Assembly: GCF_006345805.1 (NCBI RefSeq)
Contig: NC_043000.1
Coordinates: 38,688,001 to 38,752,000, forward strand
DNA length: 64,000 nt
Source: Octopus sinensis
Lineage: Eukaryota
Direction of reading: 5' to 3'
Shown here: positions 41,957 to 53,789 of the stretch, piece after piece
Numbering within the stretch: position 1 is the stretch's first letter
Layout: each line of letters starts with the position of its first letter
Notes under the pieces: model-generated
Seen by the model: the letters and a program-made list of their open reading frames with translations, nothing else
Told to the model about the DNA's origin: nothing
Database searches by the model: none
Made by a program: the position numbers and the translations under genes

Positions 41957-43525
41957 AAATGACAAAACATCTAACGTTAACCTTGACCAGCAGAATGTCA
42001 TAAAAGAATTAGACCCAGCGGAGAGCTACAAGTACCTAGGGATAATTGAATGGGACGGAATAAGGCATACAGTGATGAAGGAAAGGATCAGGAGAGAATG
42101 TTATCGCAGAGTAAGAGCAATACTCATGACAGAGCTGAATGCGAGAAACAAGATCGAAGCGATCAATGCTTTAGCCATACCAGTCGTGACTTACAGTTTC
42201 AATATCGTTAACTGGTCAATTACTGAAAAACGTAATCTTTACAGAAAAATACGAAAACTGTTGACAATGCATAGAATGCACCACCGTAAGGCAGATACAG
42301 AACGACTTTATCTGCCAAGAAAAGAGGGAGGCCATTGACTTTTACAAGTGGCAATAACAATGAAGATTGCTACAATTGGCCTAGACACCTACCTGAAAAA
42401 CTCTGAGGACTGGATGTTAAAACTTGTCTCAAAACATGAAAACAAGAAAGCATCATACTCAGTAACAAAACCGCCAAATGAATATCTAAGTGAATTCGGA
42501 ATTAGACATACAAGAAACAAGCACAGAAAAAGCTAAAACTGCTGCCTTAGATATTCTGAATGATAAATGGCAAGAAAAAACCTCTCTATGGCAAATACCC
42601 AAAGAGAGCGAATAATGCAGATGTTGACAAAGCCCTGACCCATCAATGGCTAATGGCGTCTGGCTTAAAATCTGAAACAGAAAGGTTTATCATAGCAGCT
42701 CAAGATCAATGCCTACCAACAAGGAACTACCAGCCAACATATTAAAAACGGGAGTAGCCCAACATTTTGTGTATGTCAACAACAAAATGAAACCATTGAT
42801 CATGTTGTCTCCAAATGCAGTCTTCTTGCGCCTACAGAGTATCTCAACAGGCATGATGGAGCTACACAATATATTCACTGGGTAATTTGCAAAAACCTGG
42901 ATTTGCCCCACGAAAAAAAACTGGTGGGAACACAAACCACCTCCAGTGCTTGAAAATGACCCCATCTCATTCCTCTGGAACTTCACCATTCAAACTGACA
43001 GAAAGATAGATGCAAATAGGCCAGACATCATATTGAAAGATATCAAACAAAGAACATGCCTCCTCGTTGATATGACTGTCCCAATCGATATAAACGTACC
43101 TGTCAAGACCTACCAAAAACTGAGCAAATATAAAAATCTTGAAATAGAAATCAGCAAAATGTGGAACCTGAAGACTAAAACAAAACCTGTTATCATAGGT
43201 GCCCTGGGAATGATAACAAAAGGGGCTGATCGCTACCTAACTCAGATACCAGGATACCCGAAAATGGCAGAAATTCAAAAGATAGTGCTCATGAGAACTG
43301 TTCATATCGTACGCAAAATACTTTCTGTGTAATCTCAAGTTTTAAAACAAACATAATTTTCGTCTGTTTTTTTTTAGACATTCACTAGTTCAACACTAAA
43401 TACAACACCAAATATATGGCACACTAGACATAACAACAACATGAACTTCAAACCTGTTGTCTCTTGAGGTCTGTGGGTGAGACTTGGAGCCAACGTGTAC
43501 AAATAAAAGCAAAAGTCAAGCATAG
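41957..43525 (+). mobile_element. 5'-truncated R4/Dong-type non-LTR retrotransposon (late RT + CCHC + restriction-like endonuclease), frameshifted
   Basis: YKYLG, LYLPRKEGG, IIAAQDQCLPTRNY, ETIDHVVS, LWNFTIQTDRKIDANRPDIILKD, DMTVP and KLSKY motifs. (TAA)n on both sides. Confidence 0.9.
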
Positions 43526-43593
43526 AATAATAATAATGATAATAATAATATAACAAAATAATAATAATAATGATAATGATGATGATGATGATG

Positions 43594-43648
<55 letters not shown>

Positions 43649-43710
43649 TAAAATAATAATAATAATAATAATAACAATAATAATAACAATAATAATAATA
43701 ATAATAATAC

Positions 43711-45866
43711 GGCTGTAAAGACCAACTACTCATCAATAAGATGATCTTAGAAGATTGTCACAAACGACACAAAAACTTATCAATAGCCTGGATAGACTAT
43801 AAAAAGGCTTTTGATAGCCTACCACATAGCTGGATTAGGAAATGCCTTGAAATGTATAAGATAGCACCAACTCTGCGAAACTTCTTGACTGTAAGTATGA
43901 GATCATAGAGAACCACACTAACTCTGAACAGTGACAGTGAATCCCTAAATGCTGGTGATGTAAAAATTTCGTGTGGCATTTTCCAGGGTGACTCACTGTC
44001 ACCACTCCTCTTTTGTTTATCCTTAATACCTCTCTCAAAGCTGCTCAATGACGCGCAGTACGGGTATAAAATGTTTGATAAAAATATAAATCATCTCGTT
44101 TACATGGATGATTTAAAGCTTTGCAAAAAATGATCAACAACTCAAGGGCTTACTAGCGATAGTCAAACAATTCAGTGACGACATCAGAATGCAATTCGGC
44201 CTCGATAAATGTGCAAAGGCTACCTTTATCAAAGGAAAAATGACAGAAACATCTAACGTTAACCTTGACCAACAGAATGTCATAAAAGAACTAGACCCAG
44301 CGGAGAGCTACAAGTACCTAGGGGTAATTGAAGGGAACGGAATAAGGCATTCAGAGATGAAGGAAAGGATCAGGAGAGAATGCTATCGAAGAGTGAGAGC
44401 AATACTCAAGACAGAGCTGAATGCAAGAAACAGGATCGAAGCAATCAATGCATTAGCTATACCAGTCGTGACTTACAGTTTCAATATTGTTAACTGGTCA
44501 ATTACTGAAATATGTCAGCTCGACAGAAAAATAAGGAAACTGTTGACAATGCATAGAATGCACCACCCTAAGGCAGATACAGAACGACTCTATCTGCCAA
44601 GAAAAGAGGGAGGCCGTGGTCTTTTGCAACTGGCAATAACAATGAAGATTGCTACAATTGGCCTAGACACCTACCTGAAAAACTCTGAGGACTGGATGTT
44701 AAAACTTGTCTCAAAACATGAAAACAAGAAAGCATCATACTCAGTCACAAAACAGGCAAAGGAATATCTAAGTGAATATCTAACCAATTTCGGAATTAGA
44801 GATAGACATACAAGAAACAAGCACAGAAAAAGCTAGGCGCATGAAAACCCGTGCCAAAACTGCGGCCTTAGATATTCTGAATAATAAATGGCAAGAAAAA
44901 CCTCTCTATGGCAAATACCCAAAGAGAGCGAATAATGCAGATATCGACAAAGCCCTGACCCATCAATGGCTAATGGCCTCTGGCTTAAAATCTGAAACAG
45001 AGGGGTTTATCATAGCAGCTCAAGATCAATGCCTACCAACAAGAAACTACCAGGCCAATATTAAAGATCAGAAGCAGTCCAACGTGTCGTGTATGCAAGC
45101 AACAAAATGAAACCATTGACCATGTGGTCTCCAAGTGCAGTCTTCTAGCGCCTACAGAGTATCTCAACAGGCACGATAGAGCTGCATATATATTCACTGG
45201 GTAATATGTAAAAACCTGGATTTGCCCCATGAAAAAAACTGGTGGGAACACAAACCACCCCCAGTGCTTGAAAATGACCACATCTCACTCCTCTGGAACT
45301 TCACCATTCAAACTGACAGGAAGATAGATGCAAATAGGCCAGACATCATATTGAAAGACTTCAAACAAAGAACATGCCTCCTCATTGATATGACTGTCCC
45401 AATCGATATAAACGTATCTGTCAGGACCTACCAAAAACTGAGCAAATATAAAGATCTTGAAATAGAAATCAGCAAAATGTGGAAGCTGAAGACTAAAACA
45501 ATACCTGTTGTCATAGGTGCCCTGGGAATGATAGCAAAAGGGGCTGATAGCTACCTAACTCAGATACCAGGAAACCCCAAAATGGCAGAAGTCAAAAGAT
45601 AGTGCTCATGGGAACTGCTCATATCCTACGCAAAATACTCTCTATGTAACCTCAAGGTTAAAACAAACCATAATTTTCGGTTTTAAAAAAAAAAAAAAAA
45701 AACTTTTTTTTTTTTTTAGACATTCATTAGTACAACATCCCCACCCCCCAAATATATGGCACACTAGGCATAACAACAACATGAACTTCCAACCCTGTTG
45801 TCTCTTGAGGTCTCTGGGTGAGACTTGGAGCCAACTTGTACAAATATAAAGCAAAAGTCAAACATA

Positions 45867-45868
<2 letters not shown>
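43711..45868 (+). mobile_element. Second, longer R4/Dong-type LINE copy of the same family
   Basis: [47 protein letters not shown] and RPDIILKD motifs. 3' tail aaagtcaaacatagaataataa. (TAA)n on both sides. Confidence 0.92.
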
Positions 45869-45906
<38 letters not shown>

Positions 45907-46697
45907 TATTATTATTATTATAATAAAAACAACAACATCGAAAAGTACATGTGTAAGTTGCCATTATTGTTAAAATAGTATATAAAGATATTTTTTGTGA
46001 CGAATGTTTTATATGAAGTCCAATATATGTTCCTTATTGGAAACAGAACTTCTCTCAAATTATGAATATCCACTGTTCGTTTAATATTACAGAATATATA
46101 TCACATATAAAGGTTCTGTCCGTGTATAAATTCAGTTTATGCAAACAATCATTATTTCTAATTTACACTCAAGACTACAGAGTTATCTTATTGAGAGCGA
46201 CATAAATAATTATGTTAATATTCCTTTCAAATATTGGCACAACGACAGCAAGTTCGGGAGAGGGGTAAATCGTTTACATCGACCTCACTGGTACTTCTTA
46301 TTTTATTAGTCCCGAAAGGAAGAAAGGCAAAGTCGACCTCGGTGGAATCTGATCTTAGAACGTAAAGACGGACGGAATGTCGCTAAGCATTTTCCCGACG
46401 GGCTAACAATTCCACCAGCTCTTTTTCTTGAATCATCATATTGATATTAGTGTTCAATAGGCACTTATCTGGTTCACTTCGGTGAAATTGGGAATTAGAT
46501 CGTAATGGAGCGCATTATTCTCTAGAGTCTAAACTGTCACTTTCGTCCGCTGCTCAATCCACGCTGCCAAGGTTGTCTTCAGTAACAATGAATTCAAGTG
46601 AAATAAAGTGAGCCCGGTATATTAACCATGTTTTTCTGACATTATTCTGCTCAATACCAAATTTTCGTGGAAACACAATGTTAATAAGAAACTAAAC

Positions 46698-47114
46698 TAG
46701 ATTCGGAGTAAAGATTATTTGCCAACATAACCTGGCAGTCCTGGTTTAGGACGAATGTTGCTGTAATTTAGCCCCAGGAGACAGCGTCTGCAGCTGGCTA
46801 TACGACACAATCTGTGTCGTTATATTTTCGAACAAGGGAATGTAGCACTCCCACTCAGCGCAAAACAATATCTGTGTATCGCGATTTCCGGGTTATTGTT
46901 TTGAGCTGAGTGGGGGTGCTACATTCCCTTGTTCGAAAATATAAGGAAACAGATTGTGTCGTATAGCCAGCTGCAGACGATGTCTCCTGGGGCTAAAGTA
47001 CAGCAACATTCGTCCTAAACTAGGACTGCCATGTTATGTTGGCAAATAATCTTTACTCCAAAGTACTGTTGCTGAATATCTCGCGTTTTAAGATTTACAA
47101 ATAGTAATTTTCTA
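46698..47114. mobile_element. Foldback (long-hairpin) non-autonomous DNA element
   Basis: About 165-bp inverted arms ggagtaaagatt.../...aatctttactcc (46705-47059) plus a ~55-bp unique tail. Termini TAGA...TCTA. Confidence 0.75.
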
Positions 47115-47811
47115 AACTAGATTCCTTGAAATATTTAAACCGCAAACATTCATTAATAAAAATGTACATAACTTCCGAACAAATAAACGGGTTTTCATGC
47201 AACCTTCATCATTCTTTTTCGCATTGAATAATAAACAATACTGAATAGAGTGAATATTGACAAAAATTCCATAGTTATAGCGCTATTATAAAAAAAATTA
47301 CAAAACTCCCCCATTTTCGGAGTTTAGGAGGCTTGAGGGGGTAAATGCCTTTGATTGATCTCAGCGGAAATTTAGCATTTTTCTAGTAATCAAATATAGT
47401 AACCTTTTAGCCCTCAGGAATTTTCCATTTTACAATTAATTATTTCCATTCCAACCTAGTACTCAGCCGGTATGTGAGGAGTACGGGTAGAAGTCCTGTA
47501 ACAGTCTGCTGATATTAGGCTAAAATATCCCGTCATATTAGGCTAAAATACGCAAACTTTCTGCCTGTTTTCACGGCTATGCTGCATTCGAAATATTACT
47601 ATTAATATGATAAAACAAAATCTTTGTTCTTTGGTTCTGTTATAAATATTTACTCTGTATGATTAATAGTAGTATATTTGAATCGGATTTAATCAAAAAC
47701 CAAGTTATTAATTATTCTACTACTAAAGCTAGAGTGTTAGATAATATTTCCTTGGCTTCATATAGAGTTGTTATTAGAATAACACAGGAATTGCTGCAGC
47801 AAAATACTTAC

Positions 47812-47931
47812 ACATGCATTTATATTTGTTCCAATGGAAACCCGGACCGCAGACACATTTATATCCAGACGGATGGTCATCACATCTCGGCTCAGTATAG
47901 TATAGCTGATGGCACTTATCATCGGGGTTCT
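47812..47931 (-). CDS. Internal exon (120 bp, phase 1-1) encoding an EGF-like domain
   Basis: Acceptor tttgtacag| and donor |gtaagt. Translation ENPDDKCHQLYYTEPRCDDHPSGYKCVCGPGFHWNKYKCM has an EGF-type C...C...GYxCxCxxGF...C pattern. Confidence 0.85.
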
Positions 47932-48689
47932 CTGTACAAAAGAAAAACAAATACAATTGAATCTAATTGCTGATTCTGTGATTCAAAATCGAGTAAAATA
48001 AAGTACAATATAATAGTGATTTCAGAATTTGACCACAAGAGCAGCTTGGGGAGGGGACTAGTCGATTACATCGACCCCGGTGTTTCACTGGTACTTAATT
48101 TATCGTCCCCGAGAGGATGAAAGGCGGAGTTGACCTCGGCGGAATTTGAACTCAGAACGTAGCGACGGGTGAAATACCGCTAAGCATTCCGTCCTGCTTG
48201 CTAACGATTCTGTCAGATCGCACCCATAAGTACAATAAAATAACGAAGTACAAATAACGACAAGTACAGTGTTATGGTAGGTTTTTGAATCTATTCCTCT
48301 CAGACTCCGCCCTCTTTGTCTAACTTTTCCCTCTAACTGGGCTCATGAGCAAAATATAACTAGTTACGTATACAGCACAAGAGGAATGATTTCAAGTAAA
48401 CTAATGAATAAAACCAGCTGGTGTCATCTTTTTCTACGTGTGTTGGTCATCATATTAACCTGTTCTTACTAAAGCGGGAATACAGCGTGACAAAGTTAAG
48501 TGATTTTGTTTGGGTTTCGTTTCCAAAAGGTACGCACTTGTTCATATTTTCTATTTGTAAACATTTTGGTGTAGGTTTGAAAAAATGTTAAGAAGTTTAT
48601 GTTCAGTTCCACAATAAGGTACTCTGGCCTGTTACCCTACCACGGCTAACTTTGGGGAATAAATTTACTTTGACAAACCTGTACTACCT

Positions 48690-49130
48690 ATAGGTACTCT
48701 TTTATTTTTAATTATTCGAAATTTCTCTTTAATGAACGATCCGTTTCCTGACAAAGATACAAAGCTGCAGTTTGGAAATGTAAATAACAAAACTCATTCT
48801 TATTTTGAACTTAAGAAAAGTTTTGCATATTTTTATTGTTTCACCTAGAGATAGTATTTGTAAGGCGAGTGTTAGATTGTTGATTTCTTTTTCTGAAAAC
48901 CCTAGCTTATCGAGAATTGCCACTTAAGCATTTATTGACATAAGTAAGTCCACCCATTATCATTGGTATAAATGTGTATTTATAACCTGGATATAGAAAC
49001 TGGAGGTTTCGAAGCAGCTGTCCGTAGTTATCTACTTCTCTTTCATTTTCGACGAAATATTCACATCTGTAGAGCAGCTGATACCTTGCCAGTCCCAGAC
49101 AACCATAGCTGATTTGAGACGTTTGCAATT
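48690..49130 (-). mobile_element. Diverged relative of the 30103 REL LINE family
   Basis: DNYGQLLRNLQFLYPGYKYTFIPMIMGGLTYV and KLGFSEKEI...LQILSLGETIKICKTFLKF. Adjacent to (TATG)n 49135-49215. Confidence 0.7.
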
Positions 49131-49432
49131 ATATGCATGTATGTATGTATGTATGTATGTATGTATGCATGTATGTATGTTTGCATGTATGTGTGTATGC
49201 ATGCATGTATGTCTGTATGCTTGCACGTCTGTTTGAGCGTTAAATTGAGGTTTGTATCTCAATGCAAGTTTAAGAATAAACACGATATATTTATTGATAG
49301 AATATCAGAAGATTCAGCTCTGAGATTAGAGAAAGCTGTTGTAATACCGATGTTGAGTGGGACTTCAAGCTTCCCCTGCTGTCTTATTCAACCCGTGAGG
49401 CAACACTCAAACACCTACTCAGTTTGAATTTT

Positions 49433-49475
<43 letters not shown>

Positions 49476-50198
49476 TACGCAAGTGTGTGTAATATATGTA
49501 CATACGTGATATGAACTTCTGGACATTTGTATGAATGTGTGTCTATAAGATCTGAGGAAAAAGAGCACCTAATAACTCAAACAAAATGAAGGGTCTTAAA
49601 ATTTAGTTGCGCATGGGAAAGGTCCGTTTCCACGGACACCAACATGCTTTTTTCATTTTTCGTGAACTATTGACAAAATATTTCCCGAGAATTGACTAAA
49701 TCTTTGCAAGAGGTACTGCAAGAAGGCCACAGTAGGATAACAAAAGCTAATAGATAACAAAATATGAATGACTTCCTGCTATTCTGTTTAATTTATGTAT
49801 GTAAGGAACAGCAATGTCTTATGGAGAAGGTAACATACGTCAAAAGAATGCTTTTTGATATTATAATAGGCAATATCAATGGTTTCAAATTTTGGCACTA
49901 GGCCAGCAATTTCGGTGGAATGAGATAAGTTTATTTCACCGACCCTGGTGCTTATTCTATCGACCCCTGAAAGAATGACCTGGGCGGAATTTAAACTGAG
50001 AATGTAAATGCGAACGAAATATTGCAAAGCATTTTGTCCAGCGCGCTAACGATTCGGCCAGCTCACCACCGCGTAACCAACGAATTTGATAAGAGCGAGT
50101 TTGAAATGCCTACGCTTTGTTATCCTTAAACAGTGACTAAATACTGACGAAAATCCAAAATATTGTTATCTGAAAGTCAAAGATAATCAAAGAACATA

Positions 50199-50436
50199 CA
50201 GTAATCCCACGCCATATCGCGGTTCACTTATCGCGATTCACCTATCGCGGTTTATTATTTAAGCTTACGTCGATTCCTCCGTGGTGTTGTTTTGCATTTA
50301 TAATAAAATAAATATATACAAATTATAAAAATAATAAAAAAAAAGAAATTCAGTACGGTACTGTTTCTACTTCGTGGATTTCCACCTATCGTGGTGGGTT
50401 TTAGAATATAACACTAGCGATAGTCGAGGGATTATA
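50199..50436. mobile_element. pogo/Tigger-type MITE
   Basis: ta|cagtaatcccacgccatatcgc ... gcgatagtcgagggatta, with internal ttcacctatcgcg repeats. Confidence 0.6.
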
Positions 50437-51025
50437 TATATATATTCTTTTCTTGGAATCATAACGAATATTTGAAATTTTCATAAGCATTTTAATACTT
50501 AAGCAGGTTTTATAAGACAAACGATATTTACAGAATGGTGTGAAATACAGCCCCGGAGTAATTTATTGTCATCATCATATCAGGATTACACTAAAATATT
50601 TTGGTTTGATGGAAGAAATCCGAAGAATTCAGATATTTCTGTGTATTTCAAAATTATTATCTTTTATCTTTTATCACTTATTTGTTCCATTCATTGGACT
50701 GCGACCATACCGGAGCACCGTCTTGAGGGGTCCAGAGGAACAAATCGACTCCTTTTGAAGGCCTGGAAGTTTGTCTTGTGGCAACGTAAACAAACTAACA
50801 TTAGATATCAAAATATGAACACACAGACACAGACACGTAAATATATGCAAACATATACGTACATATACATACATATGCATATACATATACATATATGCAT
50901 ATATTCTGTAGAAGAGCATAGGCTCGAAACGTATAAGACTTTCTCACCTTCCTGAGCGTTATACTAACACATCTGTTTGTTCTGTATACCACCTGTCTTC
51001 GTCTTTTGTTTTTTTCGTAAACTCT

Positions 51026-51096
<71 letters not shown>

Positions 51097-52287
51097 AGAG
51101 AGAGAGATGGATATAGATATATAGATAGACAGACAGACAGACAGATAGATAGATATAAAGCTCGATTTATTCGTGATCAGAGGCATTCGTAAACCGGGGT
51201 ACTACTGTTTTAAATGAATATGAGAAAGACAGGAGATAAAGTACGATTTATTCGTTATCAGAGTTGTTCGAAAACCGAGGTTCTATTGTATATATATATG
51301 CACACACAAATATATATATATGACTGACTTTCAATTTCCGACTACCAAATCCACTGAGACAAGTCCACGTCCAGCCTGGTCACTAGTAAGTGATACTTGT
51401 CGAAAATGCCCTAGAGTAGGACTGAACCTGGAATTGGAATCATGTGGTCGAAAAGCCAACTGAACACAGAACCACGCAAGCACCATTGATTGATTCCTAA
51501 CGCAAGAATATAACGAGTAAGATAAGCAAAATAAACCACACGAGAACAAGATGTAAATATAGCCACATTCTCCAAAAAAGTAGATCGAGATAGATTAGAG
51601 CAGATACCTATATGTTAAACAATGTAATTAATGTAAGTACTGAGTACATATAAACCAGATGTCTAATGTAATTTAATAAATATTTCACTATCAGAAAAAT
51701 AATCTCTTTGTTGTGTTGCTTAATCAAACAGAATACATTGCAGATGTAAACACAAGAATATATAACAGATTTAAAGGGATTGCAAATGTTCAGGCAATTT
51801 GATTGCCATGTTAGTGTAAAAATTAACTACCTACAATCCAACACAACTTGATAATCTAAGAGAAACGTTATCTAATTTTTAAATGATAAAGATTCAATTT
51901 TAGCGTCGATCGAAAAATCAACAGTATGTTTACACTACAATTTCTTTGTCTTTCTCTGAACACAAAAACTGTGTGTAGATTATTTTTTATTTAATTAGTT
52001 TACTAATCAAGCCGTGGCTGGCAATAAACATTATTTTTTTTCCTGATGAAGATCGAAGGCAGTAATTTACAACATATTTTGTTCGACGCTCTACTTCGAA
52101 TTCCCTCCCCACGAAAAGCTTGCTCCTTAACACCAACGGACAAATCATATGCCGTATGTGTGCGCGTGCCTGTGTGTGTAGGTAGCTAGATTGAGAAGTA
52201 TAGAATACGGTAAGATAACAAAAGAAAGAGACCTCAATATTATGTAAATAGAGGAAATTTATCTGTAAAATAATATGTGACTAGGCC

Positions 52288-52350
52288 AGATAACCGAAGA
52301 GATGGTGGTGTGGATTTCCACCTCGGCATCCGAAACTCAGAGTTTTATCT
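52288..52350 (+). ncRNA. Degenerate type I hammerhead motif inside a short inverted repeat
   Basis: agataa CCGAAGA gatg...catcc GAAA ctcagag TT^ ttatct, with core U4>C. Bracketed by atctgtaaaataatatgtgac (52261) and gtcacatattattttacagat (ending ~52387). Confidence 0.6.
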
Positions 52351-52425
52351 TAGCTACCGAATAATTGTCACATATTATTTTACAGATATATATATATATA
52401 TTATATATATATATATATATATAAT

Positions 52426-52456
<31 letters not shown>

Positions 52457-52578
52457 CAACAATCAAGGAACGGCCATAATAGGCCATTCACCCACTAGAA
52501 ATAACAGCCAAAGCTTCAACCGCAAATAAAAATTAATTCCGTAAACCAGGAGAAAATTTAAAAAACATTTACCCTGTA

Positions 52579-52685
52579 ATTTCTTATACGATGCACCGTT
52601 TCATCTGCTGTTTAATGGTAAACTAACCTGATTAAATTAAATCAAGCCAATCTTCCATAGGCCCTCAGATTCTTCAGTAAGAAAT
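52579..52685 (-). ncRNA. Type I hammerhead ribozyme, intact core
   Basis: Minus strand reads atttctta CTGAAGA atctg...cagat GAAA cggtgcatcg TA^ taagaaat. Stem I is 8 bp, stem II closes with atctg/cagat, stem III is self-complementary, cleavage triplet is GUA. Confidence 0.85.
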
Positions 52686-53309
52686 AGCCCAAGTCGGAAC
52701 AGATATTTTCACGAGGCATTTCCGACCCTGCCAAGGTAATATCTGACCTAAAATTTTCAAATCGTCGCACTCGCGCCAAATTTATCGGCAGCAAATAAAT
52801 ATAAGCCGTCGATTCCATTACGGAATTAACCAGAAAATTCATAATTAATCAATATAGGGTGGCAAAAAAATTTTGTAGAATTTTTTTGCCACCAGCGGCC
52901 TAGTGGGAAAAAATTAAATAGTCATAGACCATTTTTAAGTTCAACATCAACAATCAAGGAACGGCCATAATTTTTATTTGCGGTTGAAGCTTTGGCTGTT
53001 ATTTCTAGTGGGTGAATGGCCTATTATGGCCGTTCCTTGATTGTTGATGTTGAACTTAAAAATGGTCTATGACTATTTAATTTTTTCCCACTAGGCCGCT
53101 GGTGGCAAAAAAATTCTACAAAATTTTTTTTGGCACCCTATATTGATTAATTATGAATTTTCTGGTTAATTCCGTAATGGAATCGACGGCTTATATTTAT
53201 TTGCTGCCGATAAATTTGGCGCGAGTGCGACGATTTGAAAATTTTAGGTCAGATATTACCTTGGCAGGGTCGGAAATGCCTCGTGAAAATATCTGTTCCG
53301 ACTTGGGCT

Positions 53310-53416
53310 ATTTCTTACTGAAGAATCTGAGGGCCTATAGAAGATTGGCTTGATTTAATTTAATCAGGTTAGTTTACCATTAAACAGCAGATGAAATGGT
53401 GCATCGTATAAGAAAT
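53310..53416 (+). ncRNA. Type I hammerhead ribozyme, second copy
   Basis: atttctta CTGAAGA(53318-24) atctg...cagat GAAA(53393-96) tggtgcatcg TA^ taagaaat. Differs from the first copy by C>T at 53397 in stem III and G>A at 53339. Predicted cut after A53408. Confidence 0.82.
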
Positions 53417-53757
53417 TACAGGGTAAATGTTTTTTAAATTTTCTCCTGGTTTACGGAATTAATTTTTATTTGCGGTTGAAGCTTTGGCTGTTATTTCTAG
53501 TGGGTGAATGGCCTATTATGGCCGTTCCTTGATTGTTGATGTTGAACTTAAAAATGGTCTATGACTATTTAATTTTTTCCCACTAGGCCGCTGGTGGCAA
53601 AAAAAAATTCTACAAAATTTTTTTTTGCCACCCTATATTGATTAATTATATATATATATATATACATATATATAAATATAAAGTTATATACAATCTTATA
53701 TATATATATGTACACACACGCGCGCACCCACACCCACACACAAACACATGCACACCC

Positions 53758-53789
<32 letters not shown>

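Larger units (their letters stand above)
52455..53649. mobile_element. Hammerhead-bearing retrozyme/Penelope-like non-autonomous insertion: head-to-head concatemer of a ~491-nt unit
   Basis: The unit start atcaacaatcaaggaacggccataat recurs at 52455 and 52946. Strand switches at TAAT 52968-52971. The right arm repeats with period 492 (52981 vs 53473). (TA)n flanks both sides and each arm has one hammerhead. Confidence 0.8.

Noticed and set aside
52642-53353. Twin 66-aa ORFs MNFLVNSVMEST... on opposite strands
   Set aside because: Explained by the inverted duplication. No recognisable domain, and the ORF end overlaps the hammerhead, so it is not called a CDS.
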